NCBI GenBank assembly: GCA_045615765.1 | Contig: JAZLFM010000054.1 | Span: 38,265-102,264 of the forward strand | Direction of reading: 5' to 3' | Source of the DNA: Bacteroidales bacterium | GTDB taxonomy: Bacteria; Bacteroidota; Bacteroidia; Bacteroidales; UBA1715 | Length of the DNA stretch: 64,000 nucleotides | In this document: piece after piece, positions 30,188 to 39,225 of the stretch | Numbering within the stretch: the stretch's first letter is position 1 | Layout: every line of letters begins with the position of its first letter | Program-made: the position numbers and the translations under genes | The notes under the pieces: model-generated | The model's input: the letters and a program-made list of their open reading frames with translations, nothing else | Databases searched by the model: none | What the model was told of the DNA's origin: nothing

Positions 30188-31084
30188 ATGAAAAGTCCAT
30201 TTGTACAATACATATCAAATGCCGGTGTAACAGTGGGAATCATCCCTGAAATTGGCGGAACAATAGTTTTTCTATCCAAAGACAATTCTCCAAATCTTAT
30301 AAAATCAAATCCTGATTTATGGGATTACACAAAGAAGCCACAAGTAAATGAAAACACCGATTTTGTATCGTACTGCGGACATACAATATGGCTCGGTCCG
30401 CAAAAAGAATGGTGGATTCATCAGTCTGTCAATCCTGAGAAAAAACATTCAGCGGCAGATTGGCCACCAGACCCATATCTTTACATAGCTGATTATAAAG
30501 TTATTACTAAAACTGAATCAGCCATACATTTACAAGGGCCACACAGTCCAATTTCCGGCATCACAATAGAAAAAGAAATTGCTGTAAATCCAGACGGAAG
30601 TGTATTTATTCAAGCAAGTATTACCAATACAAGCAATGAGCCACAAGCATGGGACATTTGGCACAATACTCGCTTTGATGGGAAGTGTAAAATGAGCGTT
30701 GCTGCGACACAAGAAAACATTAAAGTCGTTCCTGTTTTAAATGAAAATTCTACAGAAATGCCATTTTCAACAGAATCTGATACATTTTCATACATACCAA
30801 CAAAACCATCAGCTGAATTTTCAGAGAGAAGTTCAAAGACATTTATTTATCCAACAAAACCAGAAATCACAATAGAAACGCCAACACACTTGGTTCAAGT
30901 ATTGTTTACATTACACGACAAGAAAGAAATTCACCCTGACCAAGGTCTTGTCGAAATTTATAACCACACAGAACATTGTGAAGGAAATGATTTATTGGAA
31001 ATTGAATATCATTCCCCATACAAATCATTACAAGTAGGAGAAAAATTCTCTGCATGGGAAGTTTGGAAAATCACAGAAAAATAA
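30188..31084 (+). CDS. Hypothetical protein (possibly a mutarotase-like beta-sandwich; tentative)
   Basis: 298 aa with no signal peptide. Features such as GHTIWLGPQKEWW loosely recall DUF4380 / aldose-epimerase-like proteins, but I cannot confirm that. Confidence 0.45.
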   Translation: MKSPFVQYISNAGVTVGIIPEIGGTIVFLSKDNSPNLIKSNPDLWDYTKKPQVNENTDFVSYCGHTIWLGPQKEWWIHQSVNPEKKHSAADWPPDPYLYIADYKVITKTESAIHLQGPHSPISGITIEKEIAVNPDGSVFIQASITNTSNEPQAWDIWHNTRFDGKCKMSVAATQENIKVVPVLNENSTEMPFSTESDTFSYIPTKPSAEFSERSSKTFIYPTKPEITIETPTHLVQVLFTLHDKKEIHPDQGLVEIYNHTEHCEGNDLLEIEYHSPYKSLQVGEKFSAWEVWKITEK

Positions 31085-31090
31085 AAGACT

Positions 31091-31246
31091 ATGGAATTAG
31101 AAGTTATCACCAACGAAGAAGAATATTCTAGTGTTTTACAACGCATTGACGAACTTATGAATGCTAAAAAAGGAACTCCAGAATACGACGAACTACAGAA
31201 ATTAACAGACCTAATCGAAGATTACGAAGACGGACTTTGCTCATAA
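31091..31246 (+). CDS. 51-aa ORF resembling only the N-terminal part of HigA-type antitoxins (possible remnant)
   Basis: Hand translation gives MELEVITNEEEYSSVLQRIDELMNAKKGTPEYDELQKLTDLIEDYEDGLCS*. This matches the I-x-T/N-E-E-x-Y...L...GTPE-x-DEL...LI-x-x-YE pattern that precedes the HTH domain in HigA proteins. No HTH follows. Confidence 0.4.
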   Translation: MELEVITNEEEYSSVLQRIDELMNAKKGTPEYDELQKLTDLIEDYEDGLCS

Positions 31247-31249
31247 TCA

Positions 31250-31927
31250 ATGAAAAAAACACTTTTTATTTCTTTTTTATTACTGATAGGATTACGCGGT
31301 TTTGCACAATCAACTGACGCGACATTGACAGTACAAGACACCGTTGTTTCCAACATTACTATTTCGTCTGAGCCCGAAGATACTTCTAAAAGCACTCTTC
31401 CTCAACTCATTCTATTAAATAGAACTCAAGCAACAAAACCTATCATAGAAAATATCGCCTCTGAAATTCCAAACAACGACACAGTTCAACCTGTAGTTCG
31501 TATAAAAGTGGTTACAACAGAAGAACTACTTGCAAAAGAGCAAAAAATCGCACAAGCAGAATCTGCGCCAGTCAAAGCAAAAATTACAGCTACCGACACG
31601 AAGAAAACTGAATCGTATGCCGACTCTGAAGACACAACTGTTGTGCAAGGAAGAACATACAAAATACAAGTGCTTGCACTACGAAAAGAATCTAAAGAAA
31701 CACTCTCTACAATACAAAAAGATTTAGGGGAGCAAACACCAGTTGCCATAGAAATCGATGGCGAACTAAACAAATATATGGTTGGCGAATTCAACACTTA
31801 TTATAACGCCCTAACCTTTAGAGATTCTTTAGTAAAAAAAGGTTACAAAGGTGCATTTGTTGTTGTTTACTATAAAGGTAATCGTGTATCTCGTCAAGAA
31901 AATGGTTTCGTAAAAGTCAAGAAATAG
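31250..31927 (+). CDS. SPOR domain-containing protein
   Basis: Signal peptide. C-terminal YKIQVLALRKE...YMVGEFNTYYNALTFRDSLVKKGYKGAFVV is a SPOR fold signature. Confidence 0.75.
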   Translation: MKKTLFISFLLLIGLRGFAQSTDATLTVQDTVVSNITISSEPEDTSKSTLPQLILLNRTQATKPIIENIASEIPNNDTVQPVVRIKVVTTEELLAKEQKIAQAESAPVKAKITATDTKKTESYADSEDTTVVQGRTYKIQVLALRKESKETLSTIQKDLGEQTPVAIEIDGELNKYMVGEFNTYYNALTFRDSLVKKGYKGAFVVVYYKGNRVSRQENGFVKVKK

Positions 31928-31994
31928 CAGACTCACGACAATAGTTTACCTTGTTTTGAGTTAAAAAATGTAATTTCGCAGACAATTCATACAA

Positions 31995-33827
31995 ATGAAG
32001 ATTCGATTAGTCATACTACTCTATTACATTCTTTTTTGGCTTGGATTCTTTGAATTTAGTCGAGCATTTTTTGTATTATACAACCATAGCCTTGCCGCCG
32101 ATTTATCATTCAATACAATTATAACTTGTTTCACTTCAGGTTTTGCCCACGATATATCGTTAACAGGCTATTGTATAGAAGCTATTAGCATTCTATTAGT
32201 AATTTCAACTTTCACAAGAAAAACAACCTTCCTAAAACCAATAGGTAATTGGTTAACGGGCATACTAGTTTCCATATTTTCCATCATAACAGTAATTGAC
32301 GCCGAGTTATACAGGAACTGGGGATATAGAATGGATTGTTCCGTTCTTCAATATCTCGAAACGCCCAAAGAAGCACTGGCTTCTACTCCACTTTGGCAAA
32401 CAATTCTTATATGGGCAACAATAATACTCATTGCAACTGGTTTTATATTCCTACACAAAAAAATATATAATTATTTAACATCCAAAGTCACTTCCACCTC
32501 CAAATGGTTTTGCATTATTTTCGTTGCAATAATGGGATTTACAATAATACCAATGAGAGGCGGACTCGGTGTTGCCGCACTACGAACAGGTACCGTTTAC
32601 TTTAGTTCGCAACCATTTGCAAACCACGCAGCCATAAATGTACATTGGCATTTTCTTTATTCTTTTGGATATGCAAAAAAAGAAGTTGCAACCGTATTTA
32701 TGGAAGAAAACGAAAGTGAAACAATTTGCAAGCAACTACTAGAACACAATCAAGGCAAGCAAACACAACTAATTACCAGCAAAAGACCAAACATTATCCT
32801 ATTTATATTAGAGAGTTTCACTGCGGAACAAATAGGTGTTTTAGGAGGGCAAAAAGGTGTAACGCCACAACTTGATTCACTTGCAAAGACAGGCATTTTA
32901 TTTTCCAACTGTTATGGAAATGGAACCAAAAGCGAGATGGGTATTGTCTCTATTCTAAGTGGTTACCCAGCACAGCCAACAACAGCAATCATTAAATACA
33001 CCGAAAAAGCAGAAAAACTTCCATACCTTAGTAAAATCTTCGATTCTTTAGGATACAATCTTTCTTTATACCACGGAGGAGATTTACGTTTTGCAAATCT
33101 CAACTCATACTTTAGAAACGGAAAGTTCAACAAATGTATAACTATTGAAAATTTCGATAAAAATGAAGGAAACACTAAATGGGGCGCCTACGACCACATC
33201 GTTTTTAATAAAATGTTCCAAGACTTACAAAAAGAGCAAGAACCATTTTTCTCTGTCTGCTACACATTAAGTAGCCACGAACCTTTTGATGTACCTATGC
33301 ACAGTGAATTTTACGGCGAAGACGAATACTCGAAATTTTTAAATTCTGTTCATTATACAGATAGTTGTATTGGAGATTTTATGAAAAAAGCCCAACGTGA
33401 ACATTGGTGGAATAATACTATTGTAATTTTTATTTCAGACCACGGAGCGCGCATCACAAAGAACGCAAAAATTGTTTCGTCTGTCGATAAATTTCATATT
33501 CCTATGATTTGGAGCGGAGGCGCTATTAGCAAAGATACGACAATCACCGCACTAGTGAACCAATGCGACTTACCAATGATGCTATGCAATCAACTCCAAA
33601 TACCAAGCGAGCAATTCTATTTCAGCAAAGACGTTCTACGAGGAGACAAACCATTTGTTTTTTATGCATACAATAACGGTTTTGGCTATATACGCAACAA
33701 CCAATTCTTGTCGTGGGATAATGAAAGTTCACAAATTATTGAGCAAACAGAAAATCTACAAGACACAACAATAAAACAAGGCCAAGCATTTCTACAAAAA
33801 GTAACTACCGATTTCTGTAGAAAGTAA
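31995..33827 (+). CDS. LTA synthase / sulfatase-family phosphotransferase (membrane-anchored)
   Basis: N-terminal multi-TM region plus an alkaline-phosphatase-superfamily domain (ILFILESFTAEQ, ISDHGAR). Confidence 0.75.
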   Translation: MKIRLVILLYYILFWLGFFEFSRAFFVLYNHSLAADLSFNTIITCFTSGFAHDISLTGYCIEAISILLVISTFTRKTTFLKPIGNWLTGILVSIFSIITVIDAELYRNWGYRMDCSVLQYLETPKEALASTPLWQTILIWATIILIATGFIFLHKKIYNYLTSKVTSTSKWFCIIFVAIMGFTIIPMRGGLGVAALRTGTVYFSSQPFANHAAINVHWHFLYSFGYAKKEVATVFMEENESETICKQLLEHNQGKQTQLITSKRPNIILFILESFTAEQIGVLGGQKGVTPQLDSLAKTGILFSNCYGNGTKSEMGIVSILSGYPAQPTTAIIKYTEKAEKLPYLSKIFDSLGYNLSLYHGGDLRFANLNSYFRNGKFNKCITIENFDKNEGNTKWGAYDHIVFNKMFQDLQKEQEPFFSVCYTLSSHEPFDVPMHSEFYGEDEYSKFLNSVHYTDSCIGDFMKKAQREHWWNNTIVIFISDHGARITKNAKIVSSVDKFHIPMIWSGGAISKDTTITALVNQCDLPMMLCNQLQIPSEQFYFSKDVLRGDKPFVFYAYNNGFGYIRNNQFLSWDNESSQIIEQTENLQDTTIKQGQAFLQKVTTDFCRK

Positions 33828-33849
33828 TAGTTTGATTTCGACTATTTTG

Positions 33850-33857
33850 TATATTTG
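33850..33857 (+). promoter_or_regulatory. -7 promoter box (TATATTTG) for the SusD-like gene
   Basis: tatatttg 19 nt upstream of the ATG at 33876. Confidence 0.55.
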
Positions 33858-33875
33858 GCAATCACTTTTGGAAAT

Positions 33876-35264
33876 ATGAAAAAATTGCTTGTTTTTTTAT
33901 TATCCGCCACTATTTTTAGTGCATGTACGGATGACTTTCTTGACAAACAACCGTCAAATTATTCTTCTCAAGATAAACTACTTTCGACCGCTCAAGGTGT
34001 ATCTTCTGCACTTATCGGATGTTATAGCGACTTACAAAGTTACACATACTATGGTCGAAACTTTGTGTTAATCGGAGATGTTTATGCCGACAATGCGAAA
34101 TTGTCTTCTCAGAACACGGGAAATTTTTCTTCATTCTACAATTATAGTGTTACTGCCGATGATGATGATTTAAAAAGTTTTTGGTCAACTGCTTATCGCA
34201 TTATAAAGAATGCTAACAACATCATAAAAGTTTGTGAAGATTCAACAAGAACGGACATAAAGAAATCTGTTTACGGAGAAGCATTAGCAATCAGAAGTTT
34301 AGCTTACTTTGACCTTGTGAGAATGTTCGCACCAAAATATTCTAACGCTGATAAAAATGCACCAGGCATACCTATTGCCAACGACACAATTGCAGAACCA
34401 GAAAGAGCAAAACTATCAGAAGTTTATTCTATGATTACCAAAGACTTGCTAAAAGCAGCCTCACTACTCGAAGATGCAGAAGTAAGTCCATATCGTTTTA
34501 ATAAATATAGCGTTGAAGCACTTTTGGTTGTTGTGTACAAATCGTCACTTAGCTACACAAAAGCAATGGAGCTTGCTGAACAAGTTATTGCAAGCGGACA
34601 ATACTCATTATTGACAGCAGAAAACTACATTGACAGCTGGAAATTTGAATCAACAAGCGAAAGCATTTTTTCATTAGCGATGTCTTCTACAGACAATGCA
34701 GGAACAAACAGTATTGGTCATATGCTATCTCCCGACGGTTATGGCGGATTAGTTCCAACTGAAGATTTATTAGAATTATTTTCAGACTCGGACATACGCA
34801 CAACATTTGTAACCAAACGCTCTGAAAAATTCTATATAAAATATCCTGGCCGTGATGGTTTAGGTATAGACAATGTTCCAGTGTTACGACTTTCGGAAAT
34901 CTACTTTATCTTGGCAGATTGCTATATGTACAAACTTTTAACTGCCACTGATGTAGCAACTCAAACAATGTACTACGAAAAAGTACTTGATGTTATGGAA
35001 AAACTTACGAAACGCGTTGATCCTACTTGCGTATTCGACAATCTTTCAATGGATGATTTGCTATTAAAAATTCACGAAGAATACAGAAAAGAATTTGCTT
35101 TTGAAGGGAAACGATTCTTCCAACTAAAACGATCTATTTATTCATTTGGAATTAACAGAAACGATTGCAACTCTTCGATTTGCAACATTCCAAACCCAAG
35201 TGATAAATTCACTTTCCCTATTCCAACAGCAGAGACTAACGCAAATCCTAATTTGAAAAAATAA
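33876..35264 (+). CDS. RagB/SusD-family outer-membrane lipoprotein
   Basis: Lipobox (IFSACTDDFLDKQP), SusD-type N-terminus, helical TPR-like core and C-terminal KEFAFEGKRFFQLKR motif. Confidence 0.85.
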   Translation: MKKLLVFLLSATIFSACTDDFLDKQPSNYSSQDKLLSTAQGVSSALIGCYSDLQSYTYYGRNFVLIGDVYADNAKLSSQNTGNFSSFYNYSVTADDDDLKSFWSTAYRIIKNANNIIKVCEDSTRTDIKKSVYGEALAIRSLAYFDLVRMFAPKYSNADKNAPGIPIANDTIAEPERAKLSEVYSMITKDLLKAASLLEDAEVSPYRFNKYSVEALLVVVYKSSLSYTKAMELAEQVIASGQYSLLTAENYIDSWKFESTSESIFSLAMSSTDNAGTNSIGHMLSPDGYGGLVPTEDLLELFSDSDIRTTFVTKRSEKFYIKYPGRDGLGIDNVPVLRLSEIYFILADCYMYKLLTATDVATQTMYYEKVLDVMEKLTKRVDPTCVFDNLSMDDLLLKIHEEYRKEFAFEGKRFFQLKRSIYSFGINRNDCNSSICNIPNPSDKFTFPIPTAETNANPNLKK

Positions 35265-35269
35265 ATCTG

Positions 35270-36037
35270 ATGAAACGATTTTTAACTATAATAACTTGCT
35301 TCTTTGTTTTAATATCTTGTTCAAAGAACGAATATATTGATTCTACAATAGATAAACCTACAGTAGAATTTACACAAGCAACTTTCGATAAAACTATTTC
35401 ATTCGTAGAGAATAGTTCATCTTACGACATAGCTGTTCCTATTCAAGTATTTGGCGGCACATCCGATGCATCTATATCTGTTTCAGTTGAAACTGCCAAT
35501 AGTAATGATGTTTACAGCATAGAAACCACAAAATCATTGCAAAACAACACATTGGACAGCATACATATTTATGTAAACACAACTAAACTAAAAAAAGCAC
35601 AAACCTATAGCATAAAACTTACAATATCATCAGATAAAGTAGCTATAGCAAAGAACTACGAAACTTGTATTGTTACATTTTCGCAACAAGCATTTATGGA
35701 TTTCTTTACCGGAACATATTCTTGCTATGAATCATCAACAAATTCAACCTACAATGTTGATTTCACAAAGTTGAACGATACAACAGTAAAGAACAACAAT
35801 TTCTGGGATTTTCCTCTACCTGGTCAATATGTGCCATTTGTTTTCAACCAAAACGAAGCACAAACAGTTTCTATTCCTGACGATTACGAATGGACCGATT
35901 TATTAGGAAATAAATACATAGTATCGGGAACTGGAAATTATGACTTGAAAGGTAACTTCTTTATAAACTTCACAATGAAAAAATCAGGAAGTGAAGAAAT
36001 TTACCAAACAGGAAAACAAACTTACACAAAGAAATAG
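35270..36037 (+). CDS. Hypothetical surface lipoprotein downstream of SusD
   Basis: Lipobox (VLISCSKNE). No family recognised. The position is typical of PUL-encoded surface binding proteins. Confidence 0.5.
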   Translation: MKRFLTIITCFFVLISCSKNEYIDSTIDKPTVEFTQATFDKTISFVENSSSYDIAVPIQVFGGTSDASISVSVETANSNDVYSIETTKSLQNNTLDSIHIYVNTTKLKKAQTYSIKLTISSDKVAIAKNYETCIVTFSQQAFMDFFTGTYSCYESSTNSTYNVDFTKLNDTTVKNNNFWDFPLPGQYVPFVFNQNEAQTVSIPDDYEWTDLLGNKYIVSGTGNYDLKGNFFINFTMKKSGSEEIYQTGKQTYTKK

Positions 36038-36046
36038 AAGTTTCGA

Positions 36047-36547
36047 ATGGATACGATTTCGAAAGCACAACGAAGTCGTACTATGAGCAAAATTCATAGT
36101 AAAGATACTAAACCTGAGCTACTCGTTAGACGCTATCTTTATTCCCATGGTTTTCGCTATAGACTTAATGTAAAAGCACTTCCCGGTTCTCCAGATATTG
36201 TTTTAACAAAATATCACACTGCAATTTTTATTCATGGATGTTTTTGGCATAACCATTCATGCCTACAAGGACGGCTTCCAAAATCTAATATAGAATTTTG
36301 GACCAACAAACTCAATAGAAATCACGAGCGCGACTTAACTGTCCGTGACCAATTAACGGCACTCGGCTGGAAAACAATTATTGTGTGGGAATGCCAACTA
36401 AAGCCTGCTGTTCGAGAGCAGACATTCAAAGAGATTGAATCACTTCTTCATAAAATTAATTTGCAATTACTACATAAGAAATACCAAATACCAGAATCTG
36501 CACCTACTCGTATTGCCGCAGAAGATGCAGAAACTTATGGAGAATAA
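36047..36547 (+). CDS. vsr: Very short patch repair endonuclease
   Basis: RSRTMSKIHSKDTKPELLVRRYLYSHGFRYRLN...PDIVLTKYHTAIFIHGCFWHNH is a canonical Vsr sequence. Confidence 0.9.
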   Translation: MDTISKAQRSRTMSKIHSKDTKPELLVRRYLYSHGFRYRLNVKALPGSPDIVLTKYHTAIFIHGCFWHNHSCLQGRLPKSNIEFWTNKLNRNHERDLTVRDQLTALGWKTIIVWECQLKPAVREQTFKEIESLLHKINLQLLHKKYQIPESAPTRIAAEDAETYGE

Positions 36548-36563
36548 TGTATCTTTGTCCACA

Positions 36564-37487
36564 ATGAGAGTATATCATTCCATAGAAGAATTTTCAGCAA
36601 AAAATCCTATTGTAACAATCGGAATGTTTGACGGCGTTCACGCTGGACATAGATCTATTTTACAAAAAATTAATGCGGAAAAAGAAGTTCTCAATGGAGA
36701 ATCTGTCCTTTTAACTTTTTGGCCACATCCACGCATATTTTTTGATAAAGCAGATGGATTACAATTGCTCACAAGTGTGGAAGAAAAAATTGAAATCTTG
36801 GAACAAACCGGATTAGACGCTTGTCTCATACTCCCTTTTTCTAATGAGTTTTCCCAACTATCACCAAGTGAATATATTACCAATATATTACATCAAGGTT
36901 TACATGCACAAAAAGTCATAGTTGGATACGATCATAAATATGGGAAAAACGGTTCTGGAACATTTGAATTTTTACAAGAAATGGCGGAAAAGCTTCATTT
37001 TTCAGTAGAACAAATCCAAGCCTACTCTTTAGATACCGAAAACATTAGCTCCACAAAAATTCGTAATGCTATTGCCGAAGGCGACATTAAAAAAGCAAAT
37101 GCATTTTTGAATTACAATTATTTTCTTACAGGAACGGTAATACATGGCGCAGAAATAGGAAGAACTATAGGATTTCCAACCGCAAATCTACAAGTAAACT
37201 TCCCTTACAAACAAATACCGAAATACGGCGTGTATGCAGCAAATGTTATCATAGCTGGAGAAAAACATCAAGCAGTTGTTAATATCGGCAATAACCCAAC
37301 AATAAAAAACAATCTACCGTTATCTATAGAAATACATATTTTGAACTTTACTGAAAATATTTATGGCAAAGAGTTACGAGTTCAATTTATAGACAGAATA
37401 CGTGGAGAGCAACATTTCGCATCTTTAACAGATTTACAATCAGCGATTGCGCGAGATATAGATTCAGCAAAACAACTATTGTTTTGA
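36564..37487 (+). CDS. ribF: Bifunctional riboflavin kinase / FAD synthetase
   Basis: GMFDGVHAGH, FWPHPR, SSTKIR and GFPTANL motifs. Start re-picked at the ATG at 36564; the ORF-track start at 36435 overlaps vsr. Confidence 0.9.
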   Translation: MRVYHSIEEFSAKNPIVTIGMFDGVHAGHRSILQKINAEKEVLNGESVLLTFWPHPRIFFDKADGLQLLTSVEEKIEILEQTGLDACLILPFSNEFSQLSPSEYITNILHQGLHAQKVIVGYDHKYGKNGSGTFEFLQEMAEKLHFSVEQIQAYSLDTENISSTKIRNAIAEGDIKKANAFLNYNYFLTGTVIHGAEIGRTIGFPTANLQVNFPYKQIPKYGVYAANVIIAGEKHQAVVNIGNNPTIKNNLPLSIEIHILNFTENIYGKELRVQFIDRIRGEQHFASLTDLQSAIARDIDSAKQLLF

Positions 37488-38111
37488 CTTACGAGAGTTT
37501 AATTCGTCACGGATTAAAGAAGCGAGCTCGTAATTTTCTTCTTCCACAGCCTTATTCAACTTCTCCTGTAATTCATCGTCACTATCGAATATAAAAGAGA
37601 GACTGCGTTCCATTTTTTCCAATTCCTCTTCCGAAGCACCACCCTCTTCTTCATCTACAGCCTCGTCTTCTTGAGTTTCTTCCGATGAAGCATTTTCTAT
37701 TGTTATTCCCGAACGAGTAACAATATCTTCAGTAGTATAAATCGGACATTTAAAGCGAATTGCAAGAGCAACGGCATCTGAAGTACGCGAATCAACAACT
37801 ATATCTTTATCACCTTGTTGAATATATACTTTTGAATAAAAAACACCATCTATAAAATCCTCAATAAAAACTTTATATACACTAAAACCTAATTCATTCG
37901 CTACAGTGCGAAACAAATCGTGCGTAAGTGGACGAGGCGTTTTAATGCCCTCCAATTCTATAACAATAGCTTGTGCTTCCGCAACACCAACAATTATCGG
38001 AATACGACGGGTTCCATTACATTCACCAAGAATTAAAATATAAGAATCCTTTTGTGAATGTACAGACGAAAAGCCAACAACTTCAAGTTCTACAATATCC
38101 ATACGAATCAA
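37476..38111 (-). CDS. Bifunctional nuclease (DUF151) with C-terminal UVR motif
   Basis: RRIPIIVGVAEAQAIVIELEG...RPLTHDL plus C-terminal EENYELASLIRDEL. Confidence 0.8.
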   Translation of the reverse strand: MIRMDIVELEVVGFSSVHSQKDSYILILGECNGTRRIPIIVGVAEAQAIVIELEGIKTPRPLTHDLFRTVANELGFSVYKVFIEDFIDGVFYSKVYIQQGDKDIVVDSRTSDAVALAIRFKCPIYTTEDIVTRSGITIENASSEETQEDEAVDEEEGGASEEELEKMERSLSFIFDSDDELQEKLNKAVEEENYELASLIRDELNSRKSKQ

Positions 38112-38167
38112 TTATTCAAAAATACAAAAAAATCTATACCTTGCCGAAAATTTAACAAGATCAGACT

Positions 38168-38644
38168 ATGAAAAAATTATACTACATACTTTTGTGTACA
38201 CTTGTAACACTGTCGTGCAACAATACAGAAAAAGGAACCTCAACAGATAAAAACGTACCTGTTTGTACCGTACAGGTTTCAAAACCAGAAGTAATACATC
38301 TAAACGAAAACGAATTTAAAGAACTTGTTTTTGATTTTGAGAAAAACCCACAAGTTTGGAAATACAAAGGGGACAAACCTTGTATTGTTGACTGTTATGC
38401 AGATTGGTGCCGCCCTTGTAAAATGATAGCACCTTTTTTCGATACCTTAGCAATAGAATATGCAGGAAAAGTAAATTTCTATAAAATCAATGTAGATAAA
38501 GCGCAAAGTCTTTCCTACTTTTTCCAAATAAAATCCATTCCGACAATATTTTTCTGTCAAGAAGAAAGTTTCCAATACGCAATAGGAGCAAATTCAATAG
38601 ATTACTATAGAAAAGCTATAGACAGCTTGCTATTGGGTAAATAA
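38168..38644 (+). CDS. Thioredoxin-family lipoprotein
   Basis: Lipobox (TLSCNN) and WCRPC active site. Confidence 0.85.
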   Translation: MKKLYYILLCTLVTLSCNNTEKGTSTDKNVPVCTVQVSKPEVIHLNENEFKELVFDFEKNPQVWKYKGDKPCIVDCYADWCRPCKMIAPFFDTLAIEYAGKVNFYKINVDKAQSLSYFFQIKSIPTIFFCQEESFQYAIGANSIDYYRKAIDSLLLGK

Positions 38645-38648
38645 AAAA

Positions 38649-38670
38649 GAGACGATGCATGCATCGTCTC
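38649..38670. terminator. 22-bp perfect palindrome between convergent genes (bidirectional terminator)
   Basis: gagacgatgcatgcatcgtctc, with a T-run on the minus-strand side. Confidence 0.7.
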
Positions 38671-38690
38671 GACAAAATATAAATCGTTTT

Positions 38691-39218
38691 TTATTTTCTA
38701 TCGAAGAAAGGACTTTTTCCACTTACCGAAAGCGGAACACCTAAAATCATACTACAATCTGGCAGAATATTCATTTTTGTAGCAGTATAGCCGATAGTGT
38801 ACATTACACGATTATCTACACGACAATCAGCAGCCGTAGAAACAGCAGAACCGATAGCCAAACCAAGATCGTTTGCATTAAAGAAACAAGGAACTCCAGG
38901 TTGTTCTTCTTTCTTTGCACAAGTTTCAAAGCCACAGAATTTACAATTCAACCCCATTGTTTCAACTTTAGTTCCAAACAACAATACAGCTTGACTCTTA
39001 CGGCAATTTCCTGCATCACGAATGAACGACATACGACCTTCTTGTTCTGCGACTTCACACATTTTCTGTGCAAGTTTTTCTATATCATCGCCAGTTAAAA
39101 TGACAACTTCAACATTATCAATACCTTTTGCTTTTGGAGCTGTTCGAGCAGCAATGGCAATACGCTTTGCTATTGCCAAAACTTCTTCTTCACGAATATC
39201 CTCTTCTTTGAAAATCAT
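38691..39218 (-). CDS. DUF2148-like Cys-rich (ferredoxin-like) protein
   Basis: 175 aa with the CKFCGFETCA cluster. The overall sequence matches my recollection of DUF2148. Confidence 0.55.
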   Translation of the reverse strand: MIFKEEDIREEEVLAIAKRIAIAARTAPKAKGIDNVEVVILTGDDIEKLAQKMCEVAEQEGRMSFIRDAGNCRKSQAVLLFGTKVETMGLNCKFCGFETCAKKEEQPGVPCFFNANDLGLAIGSAVSTAADCRVDNRVMYTIGYTATKMNILPDCSMILGVPLSVSGKSPFFDRK

Positions 39219-39225
39219 TGTATCA

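Noticed and set aside
30053-30208. Long N-terminal extension (TTG start) of the NlpC/P60 ORF overlapping the divergent gene at 30188
   Set aside because: A TAnnTTTG box at 30072-30079 lies inside the extension, and a good signal peptide begins just downstream of it. My hand translation around the homopolymer runs at 30000-30061 did not reproduce the track residue for residue. I attribute this to my own counting of A/T runs rather than a frameshift, and I trust the computed track.
36435-36563. ribF ORF-track start overlapping the last 113 nt of vsr
   Set aside because: The extension has no similarity to RibF N-termini. The canonical RibF N-terminus (MRVYHSIEEF...GMFDGVHAGH) begins at the ATG at 36564.
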